A DNA stretch of 64,000 bases. Source: Candidatus Fervidifonticultor quintus. GTDB lineage: Bacteria; Sysuimicrobiota; Sysuimicrobiia; Sysuimicrobiales; Humicultoraceae. Made by a program: the position numbers and the translations under genes. Shown piece by piece: positions 1-9,159 of this stretch (its first letter is position 1; every line of letters starts with the position of its first letter). Under the pieces are notes generated by a model that searched no databases, was not told the DNA's origin, and saw nothing but the letters and a program-made list of their open reading frames with translations. The DNA lies in contig JAVKIJ010000004.1 of the NCBI GenBank assembly GCA_031459535.1, positions 79-64,078 on the forward strand, in the 5' to 3' direction.

Positions 1-65
1 AGGGAACCCGGAAGGCCCTGCTGCCGTACCAAGTAGCGAGGGAGCCGGGCGGCCGCAGGTGCAGC

Positions 66-650
66 GTGGGAGAACGCCGTCAACCCGGGCGGCCGGCCAA
101 TTCCGAGGACGATCGGGTCAACTTCGAACGCCTGGTGACTCGCTACGGCCGGCGTGTGTACGCCATCGCCTATCGGATGACGGGGAACGAGGCCGATGCC
201 CGGGACTTGGTGCAGGAGGCGTTTGTCCGCGTCTGGCGGGCATGGCACCGCGTTGACCCAGACGCGCAGCTCGAGGGATGGCTGTATCGGATCGTGTCGA
301 ACCTGTATATCGATCTCCTGCGGCGGCGCCGCAGTACACGCGTGGTGTCCCTTGACGAACCCATGGCGACCGCCGCAGGGTCACTGGTCCGCGAGCGCGC
401 CGACCCGAGCGCGGACGTCGAGCGCCTCGTGCTCGACGCCACCGTCGACCGCCGTATCCAGGAGGCGCTGCTGGCCCTCCCTCCAGACCTGCGCATGGTG
501 GTCGTGCTGTCGGACGTTGAAGGCCACGCGTACGAGGAGATCGCCCAGATGATCAGGGTTCCCATTGGGACGGTGAAGTCGCGCCTGCATCGGGCCCGCC
601 GCGCGTTGCGAGACCGACTGTCGCCCATCCGGAACAGTCTGGGGGGGTGA
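66..650 (+). CDS. ECF-type RNA polymerase sigma factor (sigma-70 group 4)
   Basis: 194-aa ORF. Region 2-like DLVQEAFVRVWRAW...WLYRIVSNLYIDLLRRR and region 4 HTH YEEIAQMIRVPIGTVKSRLHRAR. GTG start. Stop overlaps the next gene (GTGATG). Confidence 0.9.
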   Translation: MGERRQPGRPANSEDDRVNFERLVTRYGRRVYAIAYRMTGNEADARDLVQEAFVRVWRAWHRVDPDAQLEGWLYRIVSNLYIDLLRRRRSTRVVSLDEPMATAAGSLVRERADPSADVERLVLDATVDRRIQEALLALPPDLRMVVVLSDVEGHAYEEIAQMIRVPIGTVKSRLHRARRALRDRLSPIRNSLGG

Positions 651-1135
651 TGCACGCGCACCACCGCGTCGAACAGCAGTTGAGCGCCTATCTCGATGGC
701 GAGCTGACGCCTGACCGGGCCGCCGAGGTGCGCGAGCACCTGGCTGGCTGCGCGGCGTGCCAGGCCGACCTGCAGGCCCTGCGGGCCGTCAAACGACTGC
801 TGGGCGCGCTCCGCGCACCCGAGCCTGCTCCCGACCTCGAAGCGGCCATCTTGGCGAGGGTCGAACGCGAATCCCGCTGGTTGTGGCTCCCGCGGCCCCG
901 GCCTGCGGTGGCGCTTGCCGCGGTGGCCCTGACAGTCGTCCTGGTGGCCGTGCCACTCGTGCGGGGACACCGGGACCGCCTGCGCGCCTCGGAGGTCAGC
1001 CTCGACGTGTTCATGCGCGCGGCGGTCCAGTCCACGGTCGCCGACCCCTTCGTCGACCGGGCGTACATCGGGTTGGTCCTCTCCGATGTGGACCTGCGCC
1101 TGGCCGGCGAGGATCCGAGGGCGCCAAGCCGATGA
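647..1135 (+). CDS. anti-sigma factor, zf-HC2 type, single-pass membrane protein
   Basis: N-terminal H-x3-C-x2-C motif (HLAGCAACQADL), central hydrophobic helix (AVALAAVALTVVLVAV), translationally coupled to the ECF sigma gene. Start is 647 (GTG) or 650 (ATG). Confidence 0.75.
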   Translation: MMHAHHRVEQQLSAYLDGELTPDRAAEVREHLAGCAACQADLQALRAVKRLLGALRAPEPAPDLEAAILARVERESRWLWLPRPRPAVALAAVALTVVLVAVPLVRGHRDRLRASEVSLDVFMRAAVQSTVADPFVDRAYIGLVLSDVDLRLAGEDPRAPSR

Positions 1136-2172
1136 TGCGCAGGGTCGCGCTGCTGGTGGCGGCCGGGTTGGCCGCGCTCGCGCCGATGGCTTCTGCCGGA
1201 TCGCCCGCGGCCCCCGAGCCCCTGCTGGGCGGGGTCACCGTACAGGAGGTCCTGCGGCACGGCGCGCTGTCGGCGCAGATCGTGGACTATGAGGGCACCA
1301 AGGTCCTCTCGGTCCTGCGCGGCCCGCTGATGGAGACCATCACGGTCAACCACGCTCACAAGCGCCCGGGGTTGACCAGGCTCGACTTCCTCTCTCCCGA
1401 CGGCGTCGCCGGCCGCGTGGTGATCGACGACGGGAGCCGGACCTGGCACTATGAACCCCGTCTCCACACGGTGTTTGTGGGTCCATCAGTGGCTGTGCCC
1501 GCCGTCGCCGCAGAGCGGCTGCCGGCCGAGCGGTACCGGGTGCGCCTGCTCGGCATCGAGGAAGTCATCGGCCGGCCCACGGTCGTGTTGAGCCTGTGGC
1601 CCCAGGCGGGACGCCGCGAGCGTCGGCTGTGGATCGACCGTCTCACCGGTGTCATGCTGCGGTCTGAGGAGCGAGACCCCGACGAGGGTCTGGTCGCGGT
1701 CGTCTACTTCACTCGGATCAGCTTCGGCCTCAATCTGCCGGCCACGTTGTTCCAGCCGAGGCTGCCGGCCGGCGCCCGGGTGGTGCGCCAGGACGGCCCC
1801 ACGACCACGCCCGTGCCGCTCTCCGTGCTCGAGCAGCGGGTCGGGTTTGCCCTCCACGCGCCGGCTGCGCTGCCCGGCGGGTTCAGGCTGCTTGGGGGCA
1901 GCCCGGTGCGCGACGGGCCCGTGGTGGCTGCGCACCTCCACTACACCGACGGCATCCGACCCCTGGCCCTGTTTGTGGCGCCGGCGTCCAGAATCGGCCC
2001 GCCCGGGCGGGGCGATCCAGTCGCCGGGCTGGGCGAGGATGCCCGCACGGTGGTCGTGGGTGCGATGCGACTCGTGCTGTGGCGGTCGGGCGATCGGCGT
2101 CTGACGCTCGTTGGCCCCCTCTCGCTCGCAGAGCTCGTACGTGTGGCCCACAGATTGGGGCAGGCACCGTGA
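1132..2172 (+). CDS. MucB/RseB-like sigma-E regulatory protein (LolA-fold), secreted
   Basis: ATG 1132 overlaps the anti-sigma stop (ATGA). Signal peptide MMRRVALLVAAGLAALAPMASA. Third gene of the sigma/anti-sigma operon. The upstream part of track ORF 757-2172 is out-of-frame overlap and was rejected. Confidence 0.55.
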   Translation: MMRRVALLVAAGLAALAPMASAGSPAAPEPLLGGVTVQEVLRHGALSAQIVDYEGTKVLSVLRGPLMETITVNHAHKRPGLTRLDFLSPDGVAGRVVIDDGSRTWHYEPRLHTVFVGPSVAVPAVAAERLPAERYRVRLLGIEEVIGRPTVVLSLWPQAGRRERRLWIDRLTGVMLRSEERDPDEGLVAVVYFTRISFGLNLPATLFQPRLPAGARVVRQDGPTTTPVPLSVLEQRVGFALHAPAALPGGFRLLGGSPVRDGPVVAAHLHYTDGIRPLALFVAPASRIGPPGRGDPVAGLGEDARTVVVGAMRLVLWRSGDRRLTLVGPLSLAELVRVAHRLGQAP

Positions 2173-2462
2173 CGCTGCGCGAGTTTCAGGCCAGGATCGA
2201 CGTGACCTACGGGGCGCGCGACCGTGGCCGAGGGCTCGATGCGACCTTCCGCTGGCTCGTCGAAGAAGTGGGCGAGCTGGCACGGGCGATCCGGGAAGGC
2301 GACCCGCGTCGCCTTGAGGAGGAGATCGGCGACCTGCTGGCCTGGACCGTGACGGTGGCATCCCTTTGCGGGGTGGACGCTGCCACGGCGGCGGCCCGCT
2401 ACGCAGACGGATGCCCCAAGTGTGGTGCCAGCCCATGCGTCTGCACGCCGTCGCCGGTGTAG
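2169..2462 (+). CDS. MazG-like nucleotide pyrophosphohydrolase domain protein
   Basis: GTG 2169 overlaps the previous stop (GTGA). EEVGELARAI...EEIGDLLAW pattern typical of MazG (EExxE...ExxD). Cys-rich tail CPKCGASPCVC. Confidence 0.65.
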   Translation: MTLREFQARIDVTYGARDRGRGLDATFRWLVEEVGELARAIREGDPRRLEEEIGDLLAWTVTVASLCGVDAATAAARYADGCPKCGASPCVCTPSPV

Positions 2463-3475
2463 CCTCCCCCTGCCTCATCCTGCTCGGGTGTCTGGCGGGT
2501 GGAAGCTGGGGCCGTGCGCTGTCCGCGCGCGAGGTGCACAGGTCGGCCATCGTGGTCGACCTGCACTGCGACACCCTCCTCGAGGTCGCCGCTGGAAAGC
2601 GGCGGCTGGACCAGCCCTCGAGCGTGAGTCATGTGGATCTTCCGAGGCTGCGAGAGGGAGGAGTCAGCGTCCAGGTCTTCGCGGTCTACATCGCGCCGGA
2701 GGAGGCGCAGGGGCCGGCGCGCGCCCGCCGGCTGCTGGAAGCCTTCAGGCAGGCCGTTGCGGCCGCCCCCGGCCCGATCGCCCACGCCACCACTGTGGAG
2801 GACATCGAGCGCCTGCGGCGCAGGGATGCGATCGCGGCCGTGCTCGCCATCGAGAACGGCGACGCGCTGGGTGGCGAACTGGCGCAGCTCGACGAGTTCT
2901 ACAGGGAGGGCGTGCGCCTGTTGGGCCTCACATGGAACTCGAGCAATGCCCTGGGTGATGGCGCGCTCGGCCACAGGCACGGCGGGCTGACCGATCTCGG
3001 CCGCGCGGTCCTGCGACGCATGGAGGCCCTGGGCATGGTCCCCGATCTCTCCCATCTGTCCGAACCGTCGTTTTGGGATGCGCTGAGGGCCACGCGCGGG
3101 CCGGTGATCGCCTCTCACGCGAACGCCGCGGCGATCTGGCGGCATCCCCGCAACCTCACGGACGCGCAACTTCGAGCCATCGCCAGCCGCGGGGGCGTGG
3201 TGGGGGTCAGTTTCGCGCCCGGATTTCTGGGTGGAGCGACCCTCGCCCACGTACTCGATCACATCGACCACATGGTCAGGGTGATGGGGATCGACCACGT
3301 CGCGCTGGGTTCCGATTACGATGGGATTCCCGACGTGCCGGTTGGACTGGAGGACGTCTCGAAGCTTCCCAACCTCACCGCCGGGCTCCTGGCCCGCGGC
3401 TACCGGCCGGAGCAGGTCCGCAAGATCCTGGGGGGTAACGCCCTGCGTGTCTTCCGGCAGGTGTGGGCGAGGTAG
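2435..3475 (+). CDS. membrane dipeptidase (peptidase M19), probable lipoprotein
   Basis: VVDLHCDTLLE motif, HLSEPSFWDAL, IGSDYDG. Lipobox-like LLGC near the N-terminus. ATG 2435 chosen inside track ORF 2366-3475. Confidence 0.85.
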   Translation: MRLHAVAGVASPCLILLGCLAGGSWGRALSAREVHRSAIVVDLHCDTLLEVAAGKRRLDQPSSVSHVDLPRLREGGVSVQVFAVYIAPEEAQGPARARRLLEAFRQAVAAAPGPIAHATTVEDIERLRRRDAIAAVLAIENGDALGGELAQLDEFYREGVRLLGLTWNSSNALGDGALGHRHGGLTDLGRAVLRRMEALGMVPDLSHLSEPSFWDALRATRGPVIASHANAAAIWRHPRNLTDAQLRAIASRGGVVGVSFAPGFLGGATLAHVLDHIDHMVRVMGIDHVALGSDYDGIPDVPVGLEDVSKLPNLTAGLLARGYRPEQVRKILGGNALRVFRQVWAR

Positions 3476-3476
3476 G

Positions 3477-4295
3477 CTACCGGCTGAAGGCCAGCAGCAT
3501 CTCCCGCACGAGCCAGGCGGCCAGCACCGCGGTCTGCCCTGTTGGGTCAAAGGGCGGACTGACTTCCGTGATGTCGCACCCGACCACGTAGCCCTCCCGC
3601 AGCACCGACAGCAGCGTCACGAAGTCGTCGACGGACAGGCCCAGCGGTTCCGGATTGCCGGTTCCGGGTGCCAGGCTGGGGTCGAATGCGTCGATATCCA
3701 CCGAGAGATAGATCGGGTGGCTCGCCATGGCCTGCCAGACGGGCGTCGGTAGCGCGCCGGTGCGCCCCCAGTACGTGAGGGATGAGGCGACCGCCCATTC
3801 CTCGCGCGCGCCCGATCGGGCGCCAAGGATCACGATGCGATCCAGCCCGATGCGCTCGCCGACGCGCCGGAACGTGGTCGCGTGCGACCAGCGTTCGCCT
3901 CCGTACCGGTCCCGCAGGTCCAGGTGGGCGTCCAGTGCCAGCACGTGCAGGTCCGAGTGCCGGGCTGCCAGCGCCGAGACCGCGCCTGCGGTCACCGTGT
4001 GTTCGCCCCCGAGCAGGCAGGGAAGGCCGGCCAGCCTGCTGACGGCGTCGGCGACCCGGGCCACGGCGGCCTGGGCGTCGAGCCCGGCCAGGTCCAGGTC
4101 TCCGGCGTCAGCCACGGCCAGGTCTCCCAGGTCGCGCCCCTGGACGGTGCTGTAGGTCTCGATGCTGTCCGAGGCCCAGCGGATGGCCGCCGGTGCGGCC
4201 TCCGCGCCGCGCCGGTGCGTAGCGGTGGCGTCGTAGGGCGCGCCGAGGATGGTGGCCGCGGGCCGGTCGTGGGGTCGCGCAGCGAGAAAGGGCAT
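3477..4295 (-). CDS. speB: agmatinase (arginase/ureohydrolase family)
   Basis: Mn-binding motifs GGEHTV, LDAHLDLRD, SVDIDAFDPSLAPGTG. Last gene of the pdaD-speE-speB operon. Confidence 0.85.
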   Translation of the reverse strand: MPFLAARPHDRPAATILGAPYDATATHRRGAEAAPAAIRWASDSIETYSTVQGRDLGDLAVADAGDLDLAGLDAQAAVARVADAVSRLAGLPCLLGGEHTVTAGAVSALAARHSDLHVLALDAHLDLRDRYGGERWSHATTFRRVGERIGLDRIVILGARSGAREEWAVASSLTYWGRTGALPTPVWQAMASHPIYLSVDIDAFDPSLAPGTGNPEPLGLSVDDFVTLLSVLREGYVVGCDITEVSPPFDPTGQTAVLAAWLVREMLLAFSR

Positions 4296-4334
4296 GGTCG
4301 CGGCTCCCGACTAGACTCGATCCCCGCCGCAGCG

Positions 4335-5186
4335 TCAGTCGTCGCCCAGTTCCGCCTGGAGGAACGGCGGCAGGTCGAACAGGCGCGCATGCAGAGCCGG
4401 CGTGTAGTATCGCGTCGGGATGTCCTGCAGTCGCTCGGCGATCTCTGCCGGGCTCAGCGAGAGGGGGTCCCGGTCCTGGGACGCGATGGTGAACGTCCAC
4501 AGGCCGCCCGGATAGGTGGGCACGGTGGCCATGTACAGGCGGACGAGTCTGAAGTGCGCTCGCATGTTGCGGCGCACCAACCGGATCACATCCTGCTGGT
4601 ACAGCGGTGAGCCGCTCTGGACCGCCAGTACGCCCGCTGCCCCCACGATCCTCGCGATGTGGCCGTAGAACTCCGACGAGAACAGACCCAGCGACGGCCC
4701 CGCAGGATCGGTGGAGTCCACCAGGGCGACGTCAAACTGCTCCGAGGTCTCCCGGGCGAAGGCGATGCCGTCCTGGATGAGGAGGCGGGCCCGCGGGTCG
4801 TCGTAGGCGTCGCCGGGAATCGAAGGGATGAACCGGCGTGTGGCCTCCACGACCTGGCGGTCCAACTCGACCATCGTCGCATGCTCGATCCTCTGCCGGA
4901 GCACCTCGCGCAACAGGCCGCCGTCCCCACCGCCGATGATCAGCACCCGCCGCGGTGACCGGTGGGTGCACAGGGGGACGTGCGCCAGCAGCTCATGGTA
5001 GATGAAGTCGTCGCGCTCGGTGGTCTGTATGGCCTCGTCGAGGATGAGCATGCGGCCAAAGTCGGCGTTCTCAATGACGCGGATGCGCTGGTAGGCCGAT
5101 CGCTCATCGTGCAGCAGCCGCTGGACGCGGTAGGCCTGCGCAAACCCCGGGCCACCCGGATCTATGATCCATTCGTCGTGAACCAT
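4335..5186 (-). CDS. speE: spermidine synthase (polyamine aminopropyltransferase)
   Basis: VLIIGGGDGGLLREVL, DVALVDSTDPAGPS, and the typical N-terminal tetramerisation region. Confidence 0.9.
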   Translation of the reverse strand: MVHDEWIIDPGGPGFAQAYRVQRLLHDERSAYQRIRVIENADFGRMLILDEAIQTTERDDFIYHELLAHVPLCTHRSPRRVLIIGGGDGGLLREVLRQRIEHATMVELDRQVVEATRRFIPSIPGDAYDDPRARLLIQDGIAFARETSEQFDVALVDSTDPAGPSLGLFSSEFYGHIARIVGAAGVLAVQSGSPLYQQDVIRLVRRNMRAHFRLVRLYMATVPTYPGGLWTFTIASQDRDPLSLSPAEIAERLQDIPTRYYTPALHARLFDLPPFLQAELGDD

Positions 5187-5198
5187 GTCCCGCCTCGC

Positions 5199-5660
5199 TC
5201 AGTCGGGCCAGAACAGCACGGCCGCCACCGCGCACCCCATGCGCTGCACCACATGATCCTTGCTGGCCACGATGATCTCTCTGGTGTGCAGTCGCCGGGT
5301 TGCCATGGCCTCCTCGATCATGCGCCGGACCACCTCTTCGGCGTTCTCGGCCGTGCCCGCGTGCGAGTGCTCCATGATCACCCCATAGCCTTCTTCACCG
5401 ATCCCGACGCCCACCGCGGCAGCGATCCGTTCGCCCGGCGTGTGGCGCGTGATCCGGGCGTACACCGCCGGCATCAGCAGGCCGGGGACGTAAGGCCGCA
5501 TGGGCACCACGCGGGCGCCTGTGGGGAAGACGCTGGTGACGCGGATGAAGTTCAGGTTGGCGATCCCGGCGTCCATCAGGGCGTGGTCGAACGCGTTCAG
5601 GTCGGTGGTACCTTCGCCGGCGCCGGCGGTCACCGAGATCGAACGCGGCAGTGTCCACAT
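5199..5660 (-). CDS. pdaD: pyruvoyl-dependent arginine decarboxylase
   Basis: ATG at 5660 preceded by AAGGAGG. GAGEGTTDLNAFDHALMDAGIANLNFIRVTSVFP matches the PdaD family, including the self-cleavage Ser region. The upstream 79 codons of the track ORF were rejected. Confidence 0.85.
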   Translation of the reverse strand: MWTLPRSISVTAGAGEGTTDLNAFDHALMDAGIANLNFIRVTSVFPTGARVVPMRPYVPGLLMPAVYARITRHTPGERIAAAVGVGIGEEGYGVIMEHSHAGTAENAEEVVRRMIEEAMATRRLHTREIIVASKDHVVQRMGCAVAAVLFWPD

Positions 5661-5750
5661 CGAACAACCTCCTTCGTGGGTCGCGACGCGCTGACAACAA
5701 GGCGCTTCTATTCCACCGGCCGCGGGGCCTTCCTGCTCTGAGAGGGAGCC

Positions 5751-6137
5751 GTGCCCCGGCGCCGAACCCCTGCACACGTGCACATGCGTCCGGCGCCCTG
5801 GCGGTGGGTTCCTGTGGTGTTGTGGACGGCGGGCATCACCGCAGGCTCGCTGCTCCCCGGGATCGGCGCGCCCTCGGGACCAGATGTGCTCCTGCACGGC
5901 GGCGCCTACCTCGGCCTCGCCTGGCTGATCCGCAGCGCGCTGGCCGGCCGCTCACGCCAGGACTGGTGGCATGCCGTGCTGCCTGCCGTCGCCTACGGCA
6001 TCCTCATGGAGGGTCTGCAGTCCACCCTGGGCTATCGTGGGGCACAGCTGCACGACGTCATGGCCAATGCTGCGGGCGCGCTGGCAGGCGCGCTGCTCCC
6101 GCCCATCCGCTGGCCGGTGCGCCGTGAAGGTCGCTAA
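5751..6137 (+). CDS. VanZ-like family membrane protein
   Basis: 128 aa, four hydrophobic segments, H..AY..L and EGLQ motif typical of VanZ-like proteins. GAGGGAG precedes GTG 5751. Confidence 0.55.
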   Translation: MPRRRTPAHVHMRPAPWRWVPVVLWTAGITAGSLLPGIGAPSGPDVLLHGGAYLGLAWLIRSALAGRSRQDWWHAVLPAVAYGILMEGLQSTLGYRGAQLHDVMANAAGALAGALLPPIRWPVRREGR

Positions 6138-7830
6138 CCCTCGCTCGGTCCTTCGGCGGCTCGTTCTCCCGACCGCGGTCGTCCTCGTGGCCGCGACCGG
6201 CCGCGTGGGGTCGACTCAACCTGCCTTCCCCGCATCGACGGCGATGGGACCGGTGGTGCAGCTCGGACTCGTCTCTTCGGATGCCAGCACCTATCGGGCG
6301 GCCCGGGCTGCCGGTGCCCGCGTGGTGAAGGTCCTGGCCGATTGGAACGTACTGGAACCACAGCGAGGGCGGCTGTCGTGGACGGACCAGGACCGCCTTG
6401 TGGCGGCCGCCATCGGCGAAGGGCTGGCAGTGGTCATGGTGCTGGCGCACACTCCCCGGTGGGCCAGCGTCGGCACCGGCGCCGACCTCAACCGCGTGGA
6501 CATCTACTCCCGCCAGCCGCCGCGGGATGTTCGGGACTGGGAGCGGTTCGTCGGCGCCGTTGCGGAGCGCTACCGAGGCCGCGTGGCCGACTACCAGGTC
6601 TGGACTCGGCTCGGCCTGCCCGACTTTCGAGGAACCGGAACGGAGTACCTGGCTCTCCTGCAGGCAGCCAGGACCCGCGTGCGCGCTGCCGATCCCGCCG
6701 CGCGGATCGTGATGGCGACGCCCGTGGGGGTGGACCTAGGCTTCATCCTGGGCGTCGCGGAGCGAGCGCCGGCCGCGTTCGACGCCGCAAGCCTCGTCCC
6801 CGAAGGGTTTGCCCCCGAGCGCCTGCTGAGGCCGCTGTCGGTGCTCTCCCAGCGCCTGCGGCCGTTGGGAAAGGCGGTCTGGATGGACTGGCTGCCTGAG
6901 GAGGCGGCCTCCCAGGCCGCCAGCGCGGACCTCTGGGCTCGCCTGCTGGCCGTGGCCGCAGCGGGAGGCGTCCAACGCGTCTTTGCCGCCGCGCCCGCGC
7001 AGATCGGTGTCGGCCTGCATCAGGCCGCCTCCGTGCTGCTGGCCGAACCGCTGCTCGGGTACCTGCAGCGCGAGCCCGATGTCTACGCCGTGGTGCTGGG
7101 CTCCGGTGCCGCCGCCTCCGCGGTCGTCTGGGCCACGGCCGAAGGCCGGACCCTCGAGCTGCCCGCGGTGCCCGCGCGGGCAACGACGATAGATGGCCGT
7201 CCGGTCATCCCTGAGGCGCGTGAAGGGCGCGCGGTGCTGCGGCTTGGGCTCGAGCCGCTCGTCGTCCACGGGATTCCGGTGGCCCTGATCGAAGAAGCTC
7301 GGGCCACTGCCGCCCGGAGTCCGATGCTGCCGGTCGTTGCCGCCGATCGAGACTATGGCCGCCGTACTGAGGTCTACGCGCGACTCGGCCGCCAGGGAGA
7401 GGAGAGGGGGCTCTACAACCTGCCGTACCGCTCCCGCCGGGGCGGTGCAGTCGAGCCGGTCGAGGTCGGCGGGGCGGAGGCGGTCAAGACCAGCATCGCG
7501 CGGCAGGTAGTCTACGTCTACTTCGACGTCGACGACACCTTCCTGTACTTCGAGGAAGGCCGCACGCCCATCGAGGTGAGCGTGGAGGTCTGGGGGGCCC
7601 GCGCCACGCGGCAAGTCGGCTTCAACCTGCTCTACGATTCGATCGGCGGGTACCGGTTCACACCCTGGCAATGGGTGGACGTCCGGGACGGGTGGACGAT
7701 CCACACCGTGCGCCTGACCGACGCCCGCATGGCCAACACCTGGGGCTGGGATTTCGCCATCAACGCCGCAGGGAACCGCACAGAGGACCTCATTGTCCGA
7801 ACGGTCACCGTGAGGAAGGGAGCCCCCTAG
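6124..7830 (+). CDS. secreted TIM-barrel glycoside-hydrolase-like protein with C-terminal beta-rich domain
   Basis: GTG 6124 with signal-like LVLPTAVVLVAATG. Clan GH-A-like stretch (VKVLADWNVLEP...LVAAAIGEGLAVVMVLAHTPRWAS...RYRGRVADYQVW). Product assignment is tentative. Confidence 0.45.
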   Translation: MKVANPRSVLRRLVLPTAVVLVAATGRVGSTQPAFPASTAMGPVVQLGLVSSDASTYRAARAAGARVVKVLADWNVLEPQRGRLSWTDQDRLVAAAIGEGLAVVMVLAHTPRWASVGTGADLNRVDIYSRQPPRDVRDWERFVGAVAERYRGRVADYQVWTRLGLPDFRGTGTEYLALLQAARTRVRAADPAARIVMATPVGVDLGFILGVAERAPAAFDAASLVPEGFAPERLLRPLSVLSQRLRPLGKAVWMDWLPEEAASQAASADLWARLLAVAAAGGVQRVFAAAPAQIGVGLHQAASVLLAEPLLGYLQREPDVYAVVLGSGAAASAVVWATAEGRTLELPAVPARATTIDGRPVIPEAREGRAVLRLGLEPLVVHGIPVALIEEARATAARSPMLPVVAADRDYGRRTEVYARLGRQGEERGLYNLPYRSRRGGAVEPVEVGGAEAVKTSIARQVVYVYFDVDDTFLYFEEGRTPIEVSVEVWGARATRQVGFNLLYDSIGGYRFTPWQWVDVRDGWTIHTVRLTDARMANTWGWDFAINAAGNRTEDLIVRTVTVRKGAP

Positions 7831-7877
7831 AGCCCGGCGAACGGTCCGTTTCAACTGCCGCGCAAGGGGGGATTCCG

Positions 7878-9149
7878 GTGAGGGGACAACTGTCCGGTGT
7901 TGTCGCAATAGCGGTCGTGCTGTTGTTCGCGGTCAATGCGGCCGTCGCCCAGGGGCCGCCGCCGCTGCCGGCGACCATCAAAGTGGGCGCGCTCTTCGAT
8001 CTCACTGGACCGACGTCCGATGTGGGCGTGGATTACCACAAGGGGGTCCTCGACCACGTCCGGTACATCAATGAGGTCGGGGGCGGCATCCGCGGCAAGG
8101 TCAAGATCGACCTGGTGTGGGCCGACTATGCCTATCGCATCCCGGAGAGCCTGAACCTGTACCGCAAGTACCGCGACGTGGACCGCGTCCAGGCCATCAT
8201 CGGCTGGGGCACCAACGACACCGAGGCGCTCAAAGAGCAGATTGCGGCCGATCAGATCCCGTACATCTCCGCGTCGTACTCGTCTCACCTCAACGATCCG
8301 TCCAAGACCCCCTACAACTTCTACCCGGTCTCGTCCTACTCGGATCAGTTGCGCGCCGCGTTGAAGTTCGCCCGCGAGCTGGCCCGCCGAGAACGCATTG
8401 AGCGGCCCAAGTTCGTCTTCGTCTACCCTGACCACCCCTACGGCCGCGCCCCGATCCCCGCCGGCAAGGACTACGCCAAGGAGCTGGGCTTCGACGTGGG
8501 CCCCGATCAGTTCGTGGCGCTGACCGCGCTGGAGGCCCGGTCACAGATCTCGGCGGTCCGAACGTTCGGCGCCGATTTCGCGTGGTTCGGCGGCACCACG
8601 AACTCGGCGTCGGTGACCGTGCGCGACGCCAGTCAGGCCGGGTTGAAGACCAGATGGTTCGTCAACGTGTGGGGCTACGACGAGAACATGATCAAGCTCA
8701 TCGGGCCGGCCGCCGAGGGCGTCTACGGTTCCACGCCGCACGTCTACGTCGGTGAGAACGTCCCCGGGATGAAGACCATCGCCGATGCCTACCGTCGCTT
8801 CCAGGGCAAGGAGATGCCAAAGTTCGAGGTGGGGACGCCCCAGACGCCCTACATCGCGTCGTACGTCCGTGGCTGGCTCAACGTGTTCCTGCTCAAGCGC
8901 GGGCTCGAACAGGTCGTCGATGGCTGGTCGTCGTACGGTCGCCTGGGCGGGTTTGCGGGTACCAACGTGCGGTCGGCCCTCGAGCTGTTGAAGAACTGGG
9001 ATCCCGACGGACTCGCCCCGCCCATCACCCTAGCCCGCGACGACCACCGACCCTCGACGACCACGCGCATCATGCAGGTGCAGAAGGGACGGATCGTCCT
9101 GGTGGAGCCGGTGACCGTTGAGCGCAGGAAGGACTGGCTGGGGTATTGA
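7878..9149 (+). CDS. Liv-type (type I periplasmic binding fold) ABC transporter substrate-binding protein
   Basis: GTG 7878, signal peptide VVAIAVVLLFAVNAAVAQG, LivJ-family-like IKVGALFDLTGPTSDVG...GWGTNDTEAL. Confidence 0.85.
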   Translation: MRGQLSGVVAIAVVLLFAVNAAVAQGPPPLPATIKVGALFDLTGPTSDVGVDYHKGVLDHVRYINEVGGGIRGKVKIDLVWADYAYRIPESLNLYRKYRDVDRVQAIIGWGTNDTEALKEQIAADQIPYISASYSSHLNDPSKTPYNFYPVSSYSDQLRAALKFARELARRERIERPKFVFVYPDHPYGRAPIPAGKDYAKELGFDVGPDQFVALTALEARSQISAVRTFGADFAWFGGTTNSASVTVRDASQAGLKTRWFVNVWGYDENMIKLIGPAAEGVYGSTPHVYVGENVPGMKTIADAYRRFQGKEMPKFEVGTPQTPYIASYVRGWLNVFLLKRGLEQVVDGWSSYGRLGGFAGTNVRSALELLKNWDPDGLAPPITLARDDHRPSTTTRIMQVQKGRIVLVEPVTVERRKDWLGY

Positions 9150-9159
9150 GCGATCTCGG

